This document shows positions 61,401-64,000 of a stretch of DNA of 64,000 bases, piece by piece. Every line of letters starts with the position of its first letter. Position 1 is the stretch's first letter. The notes under the pieces were generated by a model. The model was not told where the DNA came from. It worked only from the letters and a program-made list of their open reading frames with translations, and did no database searches. Made by a program: the position numbers and the translations under genes. Source of the stretch: Betaproteobacteria bacterium (GTDB lineage: Bacteria > Pseudomonadota > Gammaproteobacteria > Burkholderiales > Ga0077523); assembly GCA_037141795.1 (NCBI GenBank), contig JBAXBV010000009.1, forward strand, positions 44,788 through 108,787. Reading direction: 5' to 3'.

Positions 61401-61589
61401 GCGGGCAGCGAATCCCGCCAGGCCATCGGCTGGGTGGTCGTGGGCGGTCTCGTCGTGGGGACGCTGCTGACCCTGTTCGTCATTCCCACGGTCTACTCCC
61501 TGATCGTTCGCAGGGTGAAGACCACGGAGGAGGAGCAGGCGAGGATGGAGGATGACATTCCCCGTGCCATGGGCGAACAATTGCCCTGA
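58473..61589 (+). CDS. RND multidrug efflux permease (HAE1, AcrB/MdtB-like)
   Basis: 1038 aa. MVLSDISIKRPVLATVMSLLIV and TM4 SIGLVVDDAIVVLEN are canonical HAE1 features. No OMF gene follows. Confidence 0.93.
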   Translation: MVLSDISIKRPVLATVMSLLIVIVGYICYTRMAVREYPNIDPPTVSVRTVYKGATAQVMESSITQPLEDALSGIEGIKTIKSQSREEVSQVTITFVSSREIDGAANDVRDRVARTRKNLPAAADNPVVSKIEADAQPIVWLAFTSDRHSPMELTDFADRYMTDPLKALPGVAQVIIGGERKYSMRVWLDRERLAAQGLTAQDVEQALRRQNLDSPGGRIESTQREFTIQAITDLRSPEEFNDLIIKEVNGYPVRLRDVGRAAPGPYENRKIVRVRGEEALGLGIVKQSTANTLEVAQSVKALLPRLESALQPGMKIWVAVDTSQFIEASVQAVKSTILEALALVVLVIFFFLREFRATIIPAITIPVSIIGHFTFLKLLGFSVNTLTLLGVVLSIGLVVDDAIVVLENVHRHIEEGMKPFKAALIGTKEIGFAVIAMTVTLAAVFFPLSLAEGNTGKLMTEFALTVATSVIVSGFVALTLVPMMCSKFLRHEHSWIYHRTEPFFAGMTGGYRAMLQATLRHRWVIGVVLVGVVASMVFLFKQLKAELSPVEDRSLFLAFVVTPEGSSMQYTDGYVHAVEEIAKGVPEIDTMFAVVAPGLDRPNPVNLGIAFAVLKPWDQRTRSQQQITKELTPKLFGGLPGALSFALNPPSLGQNFLAKQVEYVIYGNSYEELQGKVGKIMAKLREFPGITGLDTDLKLNKPQLAVKIDRDKASALGVSMETIGHTLEILMGGYDVTRYKHDGKQYDVVLQLEDDKRRQPSDLTSIYVRGNDGSLHQLSNLVQIQETVGPKELNHFNKLRAAIINGNVAGNYSLGQVLDHIDGLVASELGPDTRTDLDNVSREFRESSGQLWMTFGLALVFIYLVLSAQFESFVGPFVIMVTVPLAMAGALLTMYINSKLERGGTINVYSQVGLVMLVGLITKHGILIVEFANQLRARGMERMEAIVEASTLRLRPILMTTAAMVLGAIPLALSSGAGSESRQAIGWVVVGGLVVGTLLTLFVIPTVYSLIVRRVKTTEEEQARMEDDIPRAMGEQLP

Positions 61590-61653
61590 CGGGACGTCGT
61601 CTGCCAGGACCCAGGGCCCGGAAGTGTCCGCGCCTCGCTCCGCCGGGACCCTG

Positions 61654-62199
61654 ATGGCCCGACCCTTCTCCCGGCGTATCGCGACCCGCGCCGACCTGCC
61701 CAGGATCGTGGAGATCTACAACGGGACGGTGCCGACCCGGATGGTCACGGCGGACCTCGATCCCGTGACCGTCCAGAGCCGAGAGGCGTGGTTCGCCCTC
61801 CACGTTCCCGCCATGCGCCCCCTCTGGGTGAGCGAACTGGACGGTCGCGTGGCGGGCTGGCTCAGTTTCTCGTCGTTCTACGGTCGGCCAGCCTACGACG
61901 GCACCGCCGAGATCAGCGTGTACATCGACTCCCCTTACCGGCGTTGCGGGCTGGGCGGGTTTCTGCTCGCGGAGGCGATGCGCGCCGCGCCCTCCCTGCA
62001 ACTGCACACGCTTCTGGGTTTCATCTTCGGCCACAACCAACCCAGTCTCGCGCTGTTCCAGGCACACGGTTTCGAGTCCTGGGGGCGGCTGCCCCGCGTG
62101 GCGGTGCTCGACGGTAACGAGCGGGACCTCGTGATCGTCGGCCGCAGGGCCGACCACGCCGGCTCCGCGGCACCCGGTCCCGGCCGTGGCGGCGCGTGA
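61654..62199 (+). CDS. GNAT N-acetyltransferase (phosphinothricin/MSO acetyltransferase-like)
   Basis: 181 aa from the ATG at 61654. IVEIYN..V..R..T.......V..R..WF, VYIDSPYRRCGLGGFLL, GFIFGHNQPSLALFQAHGFESWG. Confidence 0.8.
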   Translation: MARPFSRRIATRADLPRIVEIYNGTVPTRMVTADLDPVTVQSREAWFALHVPAMRPLWVSELDGRVAGWLSFSSFYGRPAYDGTAEISVYIDSPYRRCGLGGFLLAEAMRAAPSLQLHTLLGFIFGHNQPSLALFQAHGFESWGRLPRVAVLDGNERDLVIVGRRADHAGSAAPGPGRGGA

Positions 62200-62313
62200 C
62201 CCGGGTGTTTCCGCGCCGGCCCGCCGCGGACGTCCGCGTCACTGAACAGTCGGGGGCCGTCGTGGTCTCAGCCCTGTTCTCTTCCCCTGCATTCCCGGAT
62301 CGAGGCGCCTGAC

Positions 62314-63264
62314 ATGCCAGCACCGCGCAACCAGCCGCTTGGCGGCAATCAGATGCCCCGCTTCGGCGGGCCGGCCACCATGATGCGGCTTCCCGCCCAG
62401 CCCGACGCGAGCGGGCTGGACGTGGCGTTCGTGGGGGTTCCCTTCGACATCGGCACGTCCAACCGCGCCGGGGCGAGGCACGGGCCCCGCGCGATCCGCG
62501 CCGAGTCCTGTCTCATCCGCCCCTACAACATGGCCACTGGCGCGGCGCCCTTCGATACCCTCCAGGTGGCCGACATCGGGGATGTGGCCATCAATCCCTA
62601 CAACCTCGGTGCCTCGATCGGAATCATCGAGCGCTTCTACGACGCGGTGCTGGCGGCGGGCGCCCGGCCCCTCACGCTGGGTGGCGATCACACGATCGTG
62701 CTGCCCATCCTGCGGGCACTCGCCCGGAAGCACGGGCCCGTCGCCCTCGTTCACGTGGATGCCCATGCCGACGTCAACGACCACATGTTCGGCGAGCCGA
62801 TCGCCCACGGGACACCGTTTCGCCGGGCCGTGGAGGAGGGTTTGCTCCGGACCGACCAGGTATTCCAGATCGGGCTGCGGGGGTCAGGCTACGCAGCCGA
62901 CGATTTCGACTGGCCCCGGAGTCAGGGATTCACCATCGTCCCGGCGCACGAGGTGTGGTACCGCTCCCTGGCTCCCCTGATGGAGACCGTGCGCGCCACC
63001 ATCGGTGACGCGCCGGTGTATCTGAGCTTCGACATCGACGGGCTCGACCCCAGTTTCGCCGGCGGGACCGGGACCCCGGAGATCGGCGGCCTCACCGTGC
63101 CGCAGGGGCTCGAGATCATCCGGGGTTGCCGCGGACTGAGGCTGGTCGGCGGCGATCTGGTGGAGGTGTCGCCACCCTACGATCCGAGCGGCAACACGGC
63201 GCTTCTGGGCGCGAACCTGCTCTACGAGATGCTCTGCGTCATGCCGGGGGTTGCCTTCCGATGA
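62314..63264 (+). CDS. Ureohydrolase of the agmatinase family, guanidinobutyrase (GbuA)-like
   Basis: 316 aa. QPLGGNQMPRFGGPATMMRLP, GGDHTI, VHVDAHADVND, SFDIDGLDP, EVSPPYD, LLYEMLCV. Colinear with P. aeruginosa GbuA as I recall it. Confidence 0.88.
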   Translation: MPAPRNQPLGGNQMPRFGGPATMMRLPAQPDASGLDVAFVGVPFDIGTSNRAGARHGPRAIRAESCLIRPYNMATGAAPFDTLQVADIGDVAINPYNLGASIGIIERFYDAVLAAGARPLTLGGDHTIVLPILRALARKHGPVALVHVDAHADVNDHMFGEPIAHGTPFRRAVEEGLLRTDQVFQIGLRGSGYAADDFDWPRSQGFTIVPAHEVWYRSLAPLMETVRATIGDAPVYLSFDIDGLDPSFAGGTGTPEIGGLTVPQGLEIIRGCRGLRLVGGDLVEVSPPYDPSGNTALLGANLLYEMLCVMPGVAFR

Positions 63265-64000
63265 GCCTCCCGGCGGAGGCGGAGGCCGGGGATTGGTACG
63301 CAGTCGAGCGCCACGGACACGGCGTCACCGGCATCGGGGAACGGTTCATCCAGCCCTTCTACCGTTGCAACATCTGGCATGTGCGGGGCCGGGACCGTGA
63401 CCTTCTGGTGGATAGCGGCATGGGCGTGGTGAGCCTGGTGCGTCACTGCCCCTGGCTCAACGAGCGGCCGGTCATCGCCGTCGCGAGTCATGCCCATTTC
63501 GATCACATCGGCAATCACCACGAGTTCGCCGAGCGCGCGTGCCACCTGGCCGAGGCGCACATTCTCGCCGACCCGCGTCCCGACCGGACGCTGGCTGACC
63601 GCTTTGCCGTGGTGGAAATGTTCGACCGGCTGCCGCCCGGGGGATATTCCCGTGACCGGTACGCCGTCGCGGGCGCGGCCGCCACGCGGATCGTGGAGGC
63701 GGGTGACGTCATCGATCTGGGGGACCGTGTGTTCGAGGTGCTCCACGTCCCGGGGCACTCACCCGGGTCGATCGCGCTCTGGGAGGAGGCGACCGGCGTG
63801 CTGTTCTCGGGAGATGCCGTGTATGACGGGCCGCTCGTCGATGACGCCTATCATTCGAACGGGGACGATTACCTGCGCACGCTCGTGCGGCTGCGGGAAC
63901 TGCCCGTGACGGTGGTCCATGGCGGGCACTTCCCGAGCTTCGGGCGCCAGCGCTACCGACAGATCATCGATGACTACGTGGCCGGACGACGGACCCCGGG
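63261..64000 (+). CDS. MBL-fold metallo-hydrolase, 3'-truncated by the window edge
   Basis: The ATG overlaps the upstream stop (ATGA). My own translation: MSLPAEAEAGDWYAVERHGHG...LLVDSGMG...ASHAHFDHIGNHH...VLHVPGHSPGSIAL...FSGDAVYDG...VHGGH. It is open-ended, so not in the ORF track. Confidence 0.8.
   Translation, partial: MSLPAEAEAGDWYAVERHGHGVTGIGERFIQPFYRCNIWHVRGRDRDLLVDSGMGVVSLVRHCPWLNERPVIAVASHAHFDHIGNHHEFAERACHLAEAHILADPRPDRTLADRFAVVEMFDRLPPGGYSRDRYAVAGAAATRIVEAGDVIDLGDRVFEVLHVPGHSPGSIALWEEATGVLFSGDAVYDGPLVDDAYHSNGDDYLRTLVRLRELPVTVVHGGHFPSFGRQRYRQIIDDYVAGRRTP

Noticed and set aside
62225-62238. A perfect 14-bp palindrome CGCGGACGTCCGCG upstream of the guanidinobutyrase-like gene, considered as a guanidine-II (mini-ykkC) hairpin with an ACGR loop.
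   Set aside because: The loop would be ACGU, not ACGR. There is no second ACGR hairpin within the expected linker distance. Guanidine riboswitches control carboxylase or exporter genes rather than ureohydrolases. It is more likely a protein site or chance in GC-rich DNA.

Overview
High-GC (roughly mid-60s %) gene-dense chromosomal segment. I call about 55 CDS. I found no rRNA, tRNA, CRISPR array, IS/transposase, integrase or phage gene. Gene content and order look betaproteobacterial (inference only): glyQS-gmhB-plsC, lptM-lysA, groESL, sucCD, ilvIHC-pssA-leuA. Most of the window is housekeeping. The less ordinary content is as follows. (1) Two polyphosphate loci lie 5 kb apart: phoU-ppx, and a tightly packed yggX-ppk1-CYTH/CHAD-sixA string. 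(2) A canonical thioredoxin is followed 2 nt later by a full-length paralogue in which both active-site cysteines are serine; the pair is wedged between two RND efflux operons. (3) A soluble Hanks-type Ser/Thr kinase is fused to a cyclic-nucleotide-binding domain. (4) An MHS-type MFS transporter carries a ~155-aa hydrophilic insert between TM9 and TM10. (5) An IorB-type molybdopterin subunit has no partner subunit genes. (6) A TrpB2-DUF1761 gene pair is separated by 1 nt. (7) The left edge holds an acyl-CoA ligase / ACP / PLP-decarboxylase trio of the kind described as exosortase-A associated. No defence island, toxin-antitoxin pair or mobile element is visible. I did not find a clear-cut new multi-gene system, and the findings are scored accordingly. 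The many long ORFs antisense to, or out of frame with, real genes are GC-content artefacts. All family assignments come from motif recognition by eye, not from database searches.
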